Positions 12,974-25,960 of a stretch of DNA of 64,000 bases are shown piece after piece. Under the pieces are notes generated by a model. That model saw nothing but the letters and a program-made list of their open reading frames with translations. It had not been told where the DNA came from and searched no databases. Position numbers and translations under genes: made by a program. Within the stretch, counting starts at the first letter, position 1. The number at the start of each line of letters is the position of its first letter. Source of the DNA: Schmidtea nova (lineage: Eukaryota); the NCBI GenBank assembly GCA_044892505.1, contig CM097883.1, positions 42,346,001 to 42,410,000 on the forward strand, read 5' to 3'.

Positions 12974-14081
12974 GGGTATAAATCTTTTCTTCACAATCAG
13001 CTTTATTTTTAGCAGGATTTAGTTTCTCTTTAATTGACTCTTCTATTCTGGTGTTTTCTTTTAATTTCTCTGCATTCTGAATCTAATTTAGTTGATTTTC
13101 TTTTGGGTATAAATCTTTTCTTCACAATCAACTTTAATTTTAGCAGGATTTACTTTAGATTGTAATTGCTATTTTTAATATCATATAATCATATAAAATT
13201 TTAATCATAAAATTTATGTCCTTTTTTAAATCCTATAATCTTTATTGATCCTTTTATTTGTAATTTGGCTTACTATAGCAATTTGCTATAGCAAGCCAAA
13301 TTCAAATTTACAATTCAAATTACCATACAAATAAAAACACAATTTTAATTAAAATCATAATGCACACAAATAATTTGGGGGGGGGTTTCTGTACCACGAT
13401 ACCATCAATAATAATAAAACAACAACAATTGCCATTCATTCCTGTACACTACAGGCATACATTCCAGCTGTCCCGCGACAGAAGTTTTACCGGAGACTCA
13501 GCTGGGCTCGACTGATTTCTTAAAAACAATTAACATATATAATACAAAATCAACAACATAATAGTGATTAATATCATTTTGAATTGGAAGGATCAAAATT
13601 ATTTAGTAACAATGGAAAGGTCAAGCCAATTAGACCAAAGAAAGGTGATATGAATTCAGTTAAATTGTATTAGTTGGGTTTTTATTTTGCCCAAAAATAT
13701 TATAATGTTTTTCATTAATGCGTGTTCCCCACTTGCCGGTAAAGTTTCTCGTAATCGAACTACTCGTTTGAAAATTGTATGCCAGAATCAAATTATGATT
13801 ACAGGCGTTTCCTAACTGGATAACCCGGGGGGTTGCGAAACTAACGTGGAAAATTGTTTTATTAATCTAATGGAAACATATTCATATCCTCTTCGGTTGG
13901 TTATAATGCTTAGTCATATATTTGGGAACTTATTCAAAGTAAATTTGGAAGAAATGGTCAACCATAAAATAACTTATTTATTGGTTGTCAAGTCTTATCA
14001 TAGTTATGGGTAATACTATAATTATAATTATTATAATTATTATTATTATTGTTCTGAACACTCAACACGAAATCAAGATAT

Positions 14082-14517
14082 TTATTGTACATGATCTAAC
14101 ACTAGAATATATTGCCTCAGGTCATTGATAGCAGCAACCGAATCAGGATAATCCATCACAATATCAGATATTGATTCAACTCGCGTATCGAAAATAATTC
14201 TATGAAAGAATTCACTAGGCAACGGAATTGAGATTTCCATTTTTAAATGTCTGTGGAAACAGACTCGGAATGACTCTTCTTTCAATTATTGATGTTTTAT
14301 TGTCAAAAATCTTCTCCAAAACATTTACATCATATTCAGTATTATATAAAGCCAATATTTTTCTGATAAAATCCTTCAAAACTTCAATAAACATGCTGAT
14401 AAATATATTTTCTATGGGAATAAGGCATGAATTCAATGCATTAAACACACTTTCAAATAGAACGAAATAATTGTGATTCGAATTCTTCTCCATCAGATCG
14501 ATATTTGTAATATTCAA
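14082..14517 (-). pseudogene. ANAPC2: Anaphase-promoting complex subunit 2-like fragment, frameshifted
   Basis: EFFHRIIFDTRVESISDIVMDYPDSVAAINDLRQYI matches the APC2 motif FFY..Y..LRIEELFSI++D+PDS.PA+.DLK.CL; EYDVNVLE matches EYERSFLR; frameshift near 14285 and stops on both flanks. Confidence 0.6.
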
Positions 14518-15688
14518 TCAGCAAAAACTACTTTCCAATGTAATTACCAATAACTATTCAATTTTATCAAATAATTGAAGAAATCCAAAATAATCCAATT
14601 ACCAATTGGATTATTAAAACAATTCAAAATAATCTACAAAAATCATTTAGAAAATCCATTTAATTCAAATTTAAAAAGATCCCAAATAATCCAATTACCA
14701 ATTGGATTATTAAAACAATTCTGATTGTCAGAATTCAATTAAATTTCTTGAATAATAGCAAGAAAAAATCAATAAAACCACGAACGCGCACACAGACGCG
14801 AAATAACAATTAATCTAGCAATGCGCACACAGGCGCAAATAAAATCATAAAATAATAAGCGCTGCAATCCGCGCACACCGACTCGAACAACCGAAATAGC
14901 CAAAGTTTGCAAACAANNNNNNNNNNNNNNNNNNNNNNNNNNNNNNNNNNNNNNNNNNNNNNNNNNNNNNNNNNNNNNNNNNNNNNNNNNNNNNNNNNNN
15001 NNNNNNNNNNNNNNNNNNNNNNNNNNNNNNNNNNNNNNNNNNNNNNNNNNNNNNNNNNNNNNNNNNNNNNNNNNNNNNNNNNNNNNNNNNNNNNNNNNNN
15101 NNNNNNNNNNNNNNNNNNNNNNNNNNNNNNNNNNNNNNNNNNNNNNNNNNNNNNNNNNNNNNNNNNNNNNNNNNNNNNNNNNNNNNNNNNNNNNNNNNNN
15201 NNNNNNNNNNNNNNNNNNNNNNNNNNNNNNNNNTAATACCATTACCTTTTGATTTTAATACAGGTCCACAATTAAATATAAGTGTACCCTGCTAAGGTTT
15301 TAAGTTCACCTCACCCTAATGGGTATGGTGTTACCATTAATCTGTAATCCTATGTAATCAATTACAAATTTCTGTTAGTCAATAGATTAACTTAAAAATA
15401 ATTTTATCATGAATATTATAGTTTAAATTTCTATTATTGACCGTAATCGAGGGTTAACTATTAAATGATTTATTAACAGTGCTAGATATAAAATGGACCG
15501 CCAAAACGAGAAAAGGGTCAAGAATGAAAAATGTTTAAGAAAACTTGATTATAAGCCGGAAAATGAATTAAGAAAATCTCAGAAACAAGTTTCATGGAAT
15601 TACAAAATTCCGTAAATATTTATCAAGAATTATCCTCATTATTATATTGCGTCATTCAGCAAGAATATTTCATATATAGGCATGCTCA

Positions 15689-16939
15689 ATGGCTTCTTTC
15701 ATCATTCAAATGATTACCAAGTCATTTTTTGATCTGACCAAAAAACCCAAAGAGAGCACGATTGAACTTGAAGGAGCGATTGACAGGCTCAATTGGTCTG
15801 TGTCTTGTAAGCTTTTCCTTTTATCAATTCTTATCATAGCTGCCAAGGTTTATTGGAGCTCTCCCATCGAATGTTACACCCCAATCGCTACATCTGGCAA
15901 AGACTTCGATAAATTCGCAAAGGAATACGGATGGATCAACTCGAAATACAGCAAGATACCGAATAAAGATGGAGCGGCCAATTCACAATCATTGGACAAT
16001 TTCTCGTTAGATTATTACATTTGGACGCCTTTTTATTTATCACTGGCGGCAATTTTACTGTATTTACCGCATGCCGTTTTATCATATGTCACAAGGAAGG
16101 CGGTTGACATAGACTTACAGAACAGTTTGATCAAAGCGCGATCTCTGGCAAGGAAAGTTGGGGCGGTTTCGGAGGAATCAATCTCAGAAATCGCAGACAA
16201 AATGAAAATTATGTTCACATCAGAGAGAAGAATGAAAAGAATCGGCTGGCTGTCATCGGTTAAAAGGATGGTTCATAGATCCTGCTGTCCACTTCTCGTT
16301 CCTTCAAGAAGAAACGGAACAATTCTATCATGGACTTATCTGGTAGTCGCCACCCTGTATTTGCTTGTCAGTTGCACCATTGTAATTGGAATGGCGAGAT
16401 TTGTCGGTTATGCCAATGCCGAGGAGTATTTTGTGTCTATCAGGAACTTCATTGTTGACCGAGAATATGCGAATGCGATTCCGCGATTTCCAAGAATGGC
16501 TTATGCAGTGATGCCGATTGCCGATCAAGCGATGATCAATCATTATGAATTGGAATGCGTTCTACCGATCAACATGCTATGGGGAAATATGTTTATCCTT
16601 TTATCTATTTGGATGATGTTTGTAGCACTGGTGAATGCGCTGAATGTTCTATCGATGCTCCTCAATACGAGTTCGAGGCGAGAATCATTCGTCAAGGCTT
16701 CACTGAATCTTCGAGCTCACGGAGAGTTGAATGATTTGAACCTTGTTAGAAGATTCAGTGAGGAGTTTTTGAAACATGATGGGATTATGATTCTACAATC
16801 CATGGTGTCGAATTGCGGCCAGTATACGACTAGTTATATTGTGTTGGCGCTATGGGACAAATTCTTAGACGAAGAGAGACATGCGCCTCGCTTAGTAATC
16901 TCTGACGTTCCTAGCACCTCTCATAAACGGTTGCAATGA
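15689..16939 (+). CDS. inx: Innexin (gap-junction/hemichannel protein), 416 aa, intronless, copy 1
   Basis: DRLN before TM1, PIEC, YYIW (YYQW motif) followed by LPH, FPR, CVLPIN, four hydrophobic segments, DG..+L near the C-terminus. Confidence 0.93.
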   Translation: MASFIIQMITKSFFDLTKKPKESTIELEGAIDRLNWSVSCKLFLLSILIIAAKVYWSSPIECYTPIATSGKDFDKFAKEYGWINSKYSKIPNKDGAANSQSLDNFSLDYYIWTPFYLSLAAILLYLPHAVLSYVTRKAVDIDLQNSLIKARSLARKVGAVSEESISEIADKMKIMFTSERRMKRIGWLSSVKRMVHRSCCPLLVPSRRNGTILSWTYLVVATLYLLVSCTIVIGMARFVGYANAEEYFVSIRNFIVDREYANAIPRFPRMAYAVMPIADQAMINHYELECVLPINMLWGNMFILLSIWMMFVALVNALNVLSMLLNTSSRRESFVKASLNLRAHGELNDLNLVRRFSEEFLKHDGIMILQSMVSNCGQYTTSYIVLALWDKFLDEERHAPRLVISDVPSTSHKRLQ

Positions 16940-17036
16940 ATAATACATGAAATCCGGAAAAACCTTTGCTAAAATTTAAAATGCATGATTTGATTGATAA
17001 CATATAAATGGGTCATCCTGAAACCTTTTTTCATTG

Positions 17037-17953
17037 TCAAGAAGAATAACACTAAAACCTCCTGGCTAATGAGAGTCAAAAATGCCATTGACAACCTAAG
17101 ACAAAATCACAATATTAATATAAAATTTACCTTTAGTGGAATAGTTCTCGGTACTGAAACAGAATTTTCGGCAAAGGATAAATCTACGCTCACCTATGAT
17201 GTCCAAGAACTTTCCAAAAACCTTCACTGGATGTTGAAAGAACAATACCTTATCACCTGGAAAGCTGCTATATGCCAAGGTTATATCCACAGGCTCCCAG
17301 TCTCAGATTATATGGAAAAATCCTTTCCGAAAATACTCCACGATAATGAATGGTGATTTCTTGTTAAAGCATGGTCAAATATGCTCGATCTCAACTTCAA
17401 GCAATCGAATCAAGGTGGGAGAATTGGATCGATAAGCTGCAGAAGATGCCAATATATCAAAGAATGCTCTCCTCATGTCATCAACCATTGCAACTTTGGA
17501 AATGCAATTAGAACCGCAAAGCATAATGAAGTCCAAAAACGGCTTGCAAAACTCCTAAAATCCAAAGAGTTGGCCTTCGAGCTTGAATCCAGACCTCCTG
17601 AATCCACCCAAAATCTTCGACCAGACATCATTATTCGTCAAAAAGATAAGATAATAATCTTGGATATCAAGTGCCCCTTCGATGATTCCAGCTCTGTGGA
17701 ACAGGCTCGTAACAAGAACTGCGACAAATACCGACTTCTAGCTACCGAAATCCATACAGTTACAGGCATCAAGACCACAGTCCAAACGTTCGTGATTTGT
17801 TCCCTTGGTACGTGGGACAAAAGAAATAACGATGTCCTCAAAATACTCGGTTTCAAATTCTCTGATTACAAGAACTACAAAAATGATATAATCCAAAAGG
17901 TGATAACCGGATCCCGAATGACCTACGACATTCATCGAGGGTTCAATGTTTAA
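17037..17953 (+). mobile_element. 5'-truncated non-LTR retrotransposon 3' end with restriction-like endonuclease (R2/NeSL group)
   Basis: CRRC..E...HVINHC knuckle, KHN, RPDII, ILDIKCPFD, K..KY, SLGTW; in-frame TGA at 17354-17356; no RT domain left. Confidence 0.85.
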
Positions 17954-18059
17954 TACCTAGTGTTCTCTAGCTCCAATTGATGTCCCATTATCTTCGAAGT
18001 TTCGAGATAATTGCTATACTTGTCCTTAGTGGCAATTAGAATTGTTGTATTAATAAATT

Positions 18060-19191
18060 TTAGTCATTCAATACCGTAGCGTTATTCGCTTTCTCTTTCT
18101 GATAGGAAAAAATAGAGAAGAGGTTCTTTCTGAACTGAAAGCTGTTTACCAACAAGAGTGCTCATCCACAGCAACAATTTATCGTTGGTTCAATTACTTT
18201 CAGAGTGGTAGAACCTCCGTGGTGGACGAAGAAAGATCTGGAAGACCATCAGAAATTGATGAAAAAATAACGCAAAAGCTGCAGATAATCGTGCAAAATG
18301 AGAGAAAAATAACGACGAGAGAGCTCACAACCCGTCTAAATGTGAACAAAGGCACTGTGCATACTCTAATCACTGAAAGTGGTATTCGAAAACTATGTTC
18401 CCGTTTTGTGCCACGCTTATTAACGGTGGAAATGCGATAACGACGCTTGGAATGCTGCTTGGAGAATCTGCAGATCAGGACCAATGTTGGATAATTGATA
18501 ATATCATTGATAATATCATCACTGCGAACAAGACACCGTTGTCCCTTTATGTCCCCTAATCTAAAAGAAAGTCTCAAGAATAGAAACTGCTAGGAGAAAG
18601 CAGCTCACTGAAAATGCGGTCCTCAACTTGCCACCGAAAGGCTCTCATGCTGACGGTGTTTTGGGACGCCAATGGCATTATTCTGACTGACTTTGCTGAA
18701 TCCGGCGTGAAGATCAATAGTTCTTACTACTCCAACATCGTGCAGCAAGCAAGGAAGGCACGACGCAAGAGCAGAGTGTGTGATCTCTATTTTTTACACG
18801 ATAATGCTCCCATCCACACCAGCAGCGTTTCCATGGCCAAAATTGAGCGTTACGGGCTCAATTTGCTTCCCCATATACCATACAGCCCCGATTTGGCTCC
18901 CTACGATTTTTTCCTGTTTAACCATCTTAAGAAGCATCTGCGGGGTGAGGTGTTTGCCAACAAACATGATTTGAGAGCAGCCGCGGAGAGTTTTCTGGGA
19001 GAAAAGCCTCCAGAATTTTTCAAAAACGCCTTCGAAAACCTCATTATTCGCTGGGAAAATTGTGTCAGCGCAGAAGGAAATTATTTTGAGAAATGATGCC
19101 TATTTACCCTGCTTGTTCTAAATACAAAGTTTTGTGTTGATATCTTAAGTCTTTCTATTTTAGTCTCACGACTTATTGGGCGCACCACGTA
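18060..19191 (+). mobile_element. Mariner (DD34D) transposon relic; left TIR missing
   Basis: YRSVIRFL N-terminus, RSGRP, RFVPRLLT (WVPHEL-like), MLTVFWD, HDNAPIH, PYSPDLAPYDF; right TIR tagtctcacgacttattgggcgcaccacgta ending in TA; stops and frameshifts in the ORF. Confidence 0.9.
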
Positions 19192-19379
19192 CCTCTTTCA
19201 CTTTCTTAAAAAATTCAATTACGCAAATATCACCAATAAATTGATGATAGCTCATTGATCCAGTAAGGTAATTGATAAAGAGTGATCTAGTGGATATCGG
19301 CATATGTTTTGACTTACTCACTATGTAAAATAGACTCAAAGTTAGTATAAAAAACCAATGGTGGTGTTAATATTTTTGA

Positions 19380-20150
19380 CCAATTAATAAATTCCAAATT
19401 TTCAATTTTGGGTAAGGTATATAACGTTGTTCCTAATTGATTTATCAAACCTAATTCCTATTGGTTTTCAAAGATTTCTTGCTTTCGAAAGTCATTTCAA
19501 CAGTTGTCACACCATATGCACTGAATTCGAACACTACAATCCTTACTTAAATAGCAATTCATCTATTTTCGTAATAGATGACGAAAATGTAATGATACTT
19601 TCCATTTTCTTCAATTATAATAAATAAATCGGTTTCACTCCAGTGACTTTTGTTCGATGAATAATATCTAAATGTGAATGCTTCTAACAATATCATCTAA
19701 ATCTGATTGTTTCCTATTACTATAAGTCAACATGTTAATTGACCATGATTTTTACTTTCAAATTTCAAGATATCACACAATTTATAGGCATGTCGGTAAA
19801 ACTAAATATCACTTCCGAAAAGAATGACAAATATTTTTAGCCTATCTCTATCATTCTCGATCTCATCATATTTAATTACAGCTAGAATGCTATTAATGAA
19901 GTGTAAATTATCTTTACTTTGAACATTGACTATTGCTTTTTTACCATTATTAAGAAAAGTACTATTCTCCGGAACCGCACGATTTGACAAATAGACTAAT
20001 TTGATTTCACCATCTTTTTCAAATTCCACTTGAATACCAAATTCCACATTTGATTGCTTCAATTTCAATAATTGTATTCTTAGGTTTTCCAAAAGAGAAA
20101 GTGAAAGTTCTATTTCCTTAGTGTTATATTTCAAAATATTCAATTTAATT
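19380..20150 (-). pseudogene. Degenerate Polinton/Maverick pPolB-associated N-terminal region
   Basis: KKAIVNVQSKDNLHFINSILA resembles the K.AI+N+.N.D..CF.+SILA motif; downstream frameshifted pieces ENGKYHY and WCDNC fit the same family. Confidence 0.45.
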
Positions 20151-21809
20151 ATTCTACGTGTTCGTATTAATCATATTCAATCTCTGGTTCTTCTATTATT
20201 TTCGATTCATTCAGTCCTTGTTCAAGTTGTGTATAATCTTCAATAAATATTTTCTCAAATATTTCATAAGTTAAGGTGCTCCTTATGATCATTATAAAAT
20301 TTAGTGTATGGGTCAGAAGTTTGGGACTGACACAGGACGTATATAATAATTTTTGATTTATATAATAATTTATTTCATGGCAGTTAATATTGTCATGGGG
20401 CTGTTGGACGAAGACTGAGTTGCTTTGAGTTTTGTGTAAATGATGCGGTAACATACCATGTAGAGAGCGCACATGAATTGAAGGTAAATTGAAAAAAAGG
20501 AAAATATCAAATAAACAACTCGTGAAAATTAATTAAAACACGTCTTAGAATTAAATTGAAATTTAATAGCGCGAATTAAACACGAAGAAACACAAAAATA
20601 AAACAAAACCATTTAATTACTGCAATTTACCACAAGTGACAAAAGTTATGACATTTAATTAATAAATTTACTTAATTTTTATAAAATTAAAACAAAAAAG
20701 TTTAAAATAAATGTATAAATAACAAAAGATTATAAATTTAAAAAAATTTAATAAAACTTTGAATAATAATGAAACTTTTTGATTAAAATATACAGCGAAA
20801 ATTGGTAAATACAAACTCATTTTAAACACTTAAACACTTTCCAAACTTGGAAATAAGTCGAAAAAACCTCTAATTGTTTTTTCAGTTTATTTTTTAAAGT
20901 AGTGAAAATAACGAAACTCACTCAGGCTCTCAGGGATTACGCGCTGAGATACCCATACTCTCTAGCGGAATTAAACTCGCGTATTTTTTCAAGTCGAGGA
21001 CAATAATCAGAGGTATAATTCTATCATTTTGGCTGGCTGCATGTTGGATCATGCTGACGATCGCCAGTCCATTGGTATCTTATTTTTGTTGTTTATCATT
21101 AACAATTTCCCTACATTGTGGTGGGTTGTTGATCGTCAATATGACCTTGACGTTTCTATGGCTCTCATCAACAACTCAACACATAAAACATTTAAACTAC
21201 CATCTTGTTACCCGTCACTATGTAACGTTAGTACTGTAACAAGTGGGTGGATATTCGCAATTAGTGAGCGTCGTCAATACGAAACTATGATTGACCGAAT
21301 ATCTCCTGGGTCCAAGGGCTACCGATAGAAGGTTTCATGCCCATTTTGTCCCTTCTTCGACGATTTACCTATAAGCTTTCAATAAAAATTTTATCGGAAA
21401 TTCAACATAAAGGTTCTACATAACTATAAATTCATTATGGCATTCAAATAAATTATTCCGAGCATCAAAACACTAGCAAAACATTAAATTTTTCTAATAT
21501 TGGACTTTATGTTAATTAGTAATTAAAGCATTCTAAAATAAAATTTTAATTTACATTTAAAGTAAAAATAAAAATAAAACTTTAATTTTCTAATTTACAA
21601 AAAAATCTTATTTCTAATTTAGGGTTTTTCACTATTCTTAAATCTATGATTAATTTCCTCGGTTTAAATTGCCGACCCAATTCTGTTTGTTTAAATTGTT
21701 AGTTGACCTCGAAAAAATTTAAATGCTAATTAGTCCCACCTCAATTCCTCATAGTAAGGTATTTTTGTTTTTATGGCATTTTATGGATATTATTACTCTT
21801 TTACTAGTG

Positions 21810-22250
21810 GATCAGCAGACTCTCAAACAACTCGTCTGAAGATCAACGATGGGAATTCAACTCTCAATTTGTATCAAAGAAAACAACCCGGATTCAAATA
21901 CATACCCATAGTAAGAGGAGTATTATAAATTAATTTATCTTATATTCACTTTAAAGGTTGTCTGGACAAAAAGCCAGCACTGTCGGCAACCACGAGATCA
22001 GATGCGGATCCCATATCACAGGACCAAATCGGATTTGACAGTAGGCAAGACTGCCAATTCGGATGAACGGGTAATATGGCTAATTATTCACTACTCATCA
22101 TTCGTTAATAAATTACAATTTTTAGAAAAACACGAAGAGGGAAATGCGTCGAAAAACCGGCACCGAAACAATTCGTAATCGTTGCATTGATGACGATGTC
22201 AATGCCAATAACTCTGATAATTTGAAGTTTTTCATTATATAATAAAAGGT
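21810..22250 (+). other. Possible exons of a spliced host gene or pseudogene with ~46-55 nt introns
   Basis: gtaagagg...ttaaag (~21911-21956) and gtaatatg...ttttag (~22072-22125) flank GC-richer blocks that splice in frame; no family recognised. Confidence 0.3.
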
Positions 22251-23375
22251 TTTCAATTTATATTTTTCTTTTCGTACGACTGAGAGTATGTTGCGACTTG
22301 ATGGTTGTTCAGAAATAAAATTTCAAATTGATTTGCGTATAAAATTTTTGTGTTCATAAATTTATCTTCCGTTTTATTTTATTTCATAAAAGGTGAATTG
22401 AACATTTGTTAAAGCAAAAATTCTTTTAGGTTATTTTTAAATAGTGAATTACGGAGGAATTTGACGCAGTAAACTCGGGAAAAACATTTTTCCTCCAGTG
22501 TTGTGCTAGCTCTATAAATTTTTATGGTCGACAAATCTCAGACTTTGGATGTTGTGGCTCAACTAAGTGTAGATTATTATTGTTTTAATTGCTAATTATA
22601 AGTAAAAATTAAAAAATGTTATACACTGTAAAAAACTTGCGAGATCGGGGTTCTAAGTGAAAATGGAATTGCACATGGGATATTGCAAGGTGGACGTATT
22701 TTGTGAAGTAGTCACCATTGTTGATTGTCACTTGCTGTAAGCAATTTTATATAGGATATTTTCGCTGCAAATTAGTGATTACCTGTATCTTCTAAGTGAA
22801 ATGATAGTCTCCAAGGTGATGATTTGATTGTAGCTGGTATTGTTAAATGAGATAGATAGTTTGATGATGGATGGGAATGTGTGTAATGTTGTATTGTTAT
22901 CGTGTTTGCGTACGATTCTATAATGGGTGACTGAAAACAATTGAGTGATTGTGAGTGTGGTTAGACGTACGATTCTAACTAGCACGTGTGGAATTTTTGG
23001 TATGGTTTGCTTGTGTGTATATGATTGTTGAATGCTATTGAATGATACTGTGTATGTGTGTACATTGTATTTTTAAATAGGGGTTGCTTGTGTATTAGTA
23101 TGGATGATGCTATTGAATGAAAAGGGTGTAATTTTTTGCAATTAGGGATGTATTATGATTTTGAGATATCGTGGGGGTAATTATAATATACTATATATAA
23201 ATTATACAAAGTATTTTTATAATTAACATAATAATAATTTTTAAATTAAAATAATAATACTAATTTTTATAATACTTTTTACGGATTTCTAATATATAAT
23301 TTTATGAAAATTAAATAATGATAAAATTTATAATTTTGATAATATAGGTTTTTGAATTTAAATTTTTATATTTTA

Positions 23376-23377
<2 letters not shown>

Positions 23378-23455
<78 letters not shown>
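23378..23455. repeat. (TA)n microsatellite
   Basis: Direct. Confidence 0.95.
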
Positions 23456-23457
<2 letters not shown>

Positions 23458-24823
23458 ATCATAAAATTTTCTATAAAATTTCGAATTTGGATTTTTATAA
23501 AATGCTAAAATTTATTAATGTAATAATAATATTTCGATTTAAAATTTTTATGGGTTTGGATATAATTCTTAATTTATAAATTCTTTGGAATTTTATAAAA
23601 TGATAAAATCTTTTATAGAATAACAGTATTAGGAAAGTTTTGGTTTACAATTTTTCATTATAAAAATTTTGCAATATATAATAAAAAGTCAAATTTTATT
23701 TTTTGATCAAAATGAAATCCACATTATTATAAATTTTTATCCATAAATTTCAAAATCCAAATAAGCATTCAACCTAAAAAGTTTTATACACTGAATAAAA
23801 AATAAAAATTAAAATAAGTTATAAATTCTTCAAAGAATATTTTTCGATATCGAGCAAAATGAATTTCGGTTTCGTTGAGCATGAATTTCCCAACTAAAGT
23901 GCGCGCGAATTTTTCGGGACGCTTCACTTAGGAGTTTCAGGCTCTCGAAAACGAGGTTCACTGGAGAAACTTATTTAGACAATAATGAGTTTAATTCAGA
24001 TCAAATCAATACTTGTTTCACAATTCGTTTCATTTCGTGAGCAATATTCTAGCTTTGAGCATTATTTCGAAAAATTTTCTTTTCATCATTAGCTTCCATT
24101 TTTCTTGCGTTTTCTCATAAGATGATCGTTGTTGAGAGTGTGAAGGTGAAGATGAGTACGAGTCGATTTTTAATCAGTAATATTTCCTATTTTAAATTTC
24201 AAGACATGAGTTAGAAATTGTTGTGTTATATTACGAAATTTCTTATGTAAAAAAAAAGAATATGCTACTCTATTATAATAAAGATCATTAGTATAACAAA
24301 TCCTTGCTCTTGGCCATACCACGATTCCCCAGTTGGGATGACGTGATTATGGATGTATGAGCCTCACCTTAAAGTGGAAATATGGGCTGGCCGATTACCA
24401 ATCAGACAACGATCCACCCAGGCTACTAACAGATCCGCACAACGCAAGGCTGGAAGGATCGTCAGAAGATATGGGAGGAAAAAAAATTTATTTATTTTCA
24501 TAATTTTATTTAATTTATTAATTTCAATGAGATTTTTCCTGAATTATTTTGGGAATTTGTGACTCGTGATAATGATAATAACAAAAAAAAACTAAGCTGT
24601 TAATCATTAAATACTTTAATAATATAAAATTACATAATTAATAAAATAACAAATAACATATTAAATAAAGGTGAGGAATGGAAGGATCGTTAGGCATGAT
24701 AAACGACCATTCCAGTCCCCAATAAAAAAATAACAATATAAAAAGAAAAATTCAATTAACTCTTACGTTTGTCCACTCCAATTTTTTTTCGGAAAAAAAA
24801 TTTTGAACAAATTCTTCGGAACG

Positions 24824-24933
24824 TTCTAATTTCGGTCCAAATAGTTAATTAAAATTCGGTTTCTTTTCTGCAAATTTCTAATTTTCGGTCCAAATAGTTA
24901 ATAGAAATTCGGTTTCTTTTCTGCAAATTTCTA
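24824..24933. repeat. Tandem duplication, ~54-bp unit x2
   Basis: ttctaatttcggtccaaatagttaa...ttcggtttcttttctgcaaatttcta twice. Confidence 0.8.
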
Positions 24934-25960
24934 CCAATAAGAAAAAATAACTCTTCTACAAATTCTGAAATTTTTCTAAATAAATGTTTGGTTACCACAA
25001 ATTCTTCTGAAATCAAAATAAAAATTTTTTACGACAAAATTCTCACAAATTCTGAAAATTTTTTCCACAAATTCTGAGAAGTTCCATTTTGATGGCTGTA
25101 TATATACCATCCATTTTTCGCTATCTTCACTAGTGCAATAAAACAAATTGTTCTAGAATTTTCTCTTAATTTTTTCTAAATTAATTCTAATGATTTTCCG
25201 AAAATTAATTCCATATTTTTGTATAATAATTTTTTATAGACCATAAATAATTTATTTTAATTCAAAATTTTTATGTTTGAATCGAAATTTTCTCAATTTG
25301 ATTTAATTTATGATATTTCGATCAATATTAATTCTTTCTATTGTTAAATGTGAAATTTTGTGATGAATTCACAATTTTCTTCTAAAATTGTGTTAATTTT
25401 TCTGCACTGAAGGTTTATGACAAAATTCTGTTCTTTATGGGCATTTTCAATGGGTTTTCAGCCTATTCTAACTTTCAAACGTTCTGCTTTTAATTTTTCT
25501 CGAGATTTCAGTGAAAAGACTTGCAAATTTACAGCTAGCGCGTACTCTACCGGTTGATGTGTTTTGATTCCACTTCACCTTTTGGTGTTTTTCACTTAAT
25601 TGTTGGATTTTTAATGGATGCTAGGGTTAAAAATGGAATCTTGCGCGTTCTCTACCTATGGGATTATCGCTGTATTAAAACAAATTGCAGTTTTTGCCCA
25701 ACAATTGTTTTTATTTTTAATAAAATATTTGCAAATGAAATCTTATTTCATAAAATATGTTTAAATTTATTCAGACAAGGAAGTAAATTAAATTCTTTTT
25801 ATTTTTTATTAGCGCAAAATATTGCTCTGCCGTCAAAGTAGAAAAGGAACTTTGAGAGCTGTTCGTTTCTTTTCTGATAAGTATCATTGGATTGATTCAT
25901 TATTCCTTTAGTTCCTGACCTTGAATTTTTATCTCATCATTAGATCAGTGAGCTTCCTGA

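Noticed and set aside
15689-16939. Viral innexin (vinnexin) or TE-borne innexin hypothesis
   Set aside because: Being intronless is suggestive, but no viral genes, LTRs, TIRs, poly(A) or TSD bracket the duplicated cassette.
22690-22740. GDYFTKYV resembling an integrase motif
   Set aside because: Isolated 8-residue match in a frame full of stops, with no other retroelement signal.
23352-23579. 75-aa ORF with YI repeats
   Set aside because: Translation of the (TA)n microsatellite.
23830-24180. Possible minus-strand exons with a 51-nt intron (EPRFREPETPKVKRP...)
   Set aside because: Short, upstream frame interrupted by stops, no recognisable family; not supportable as a gene.
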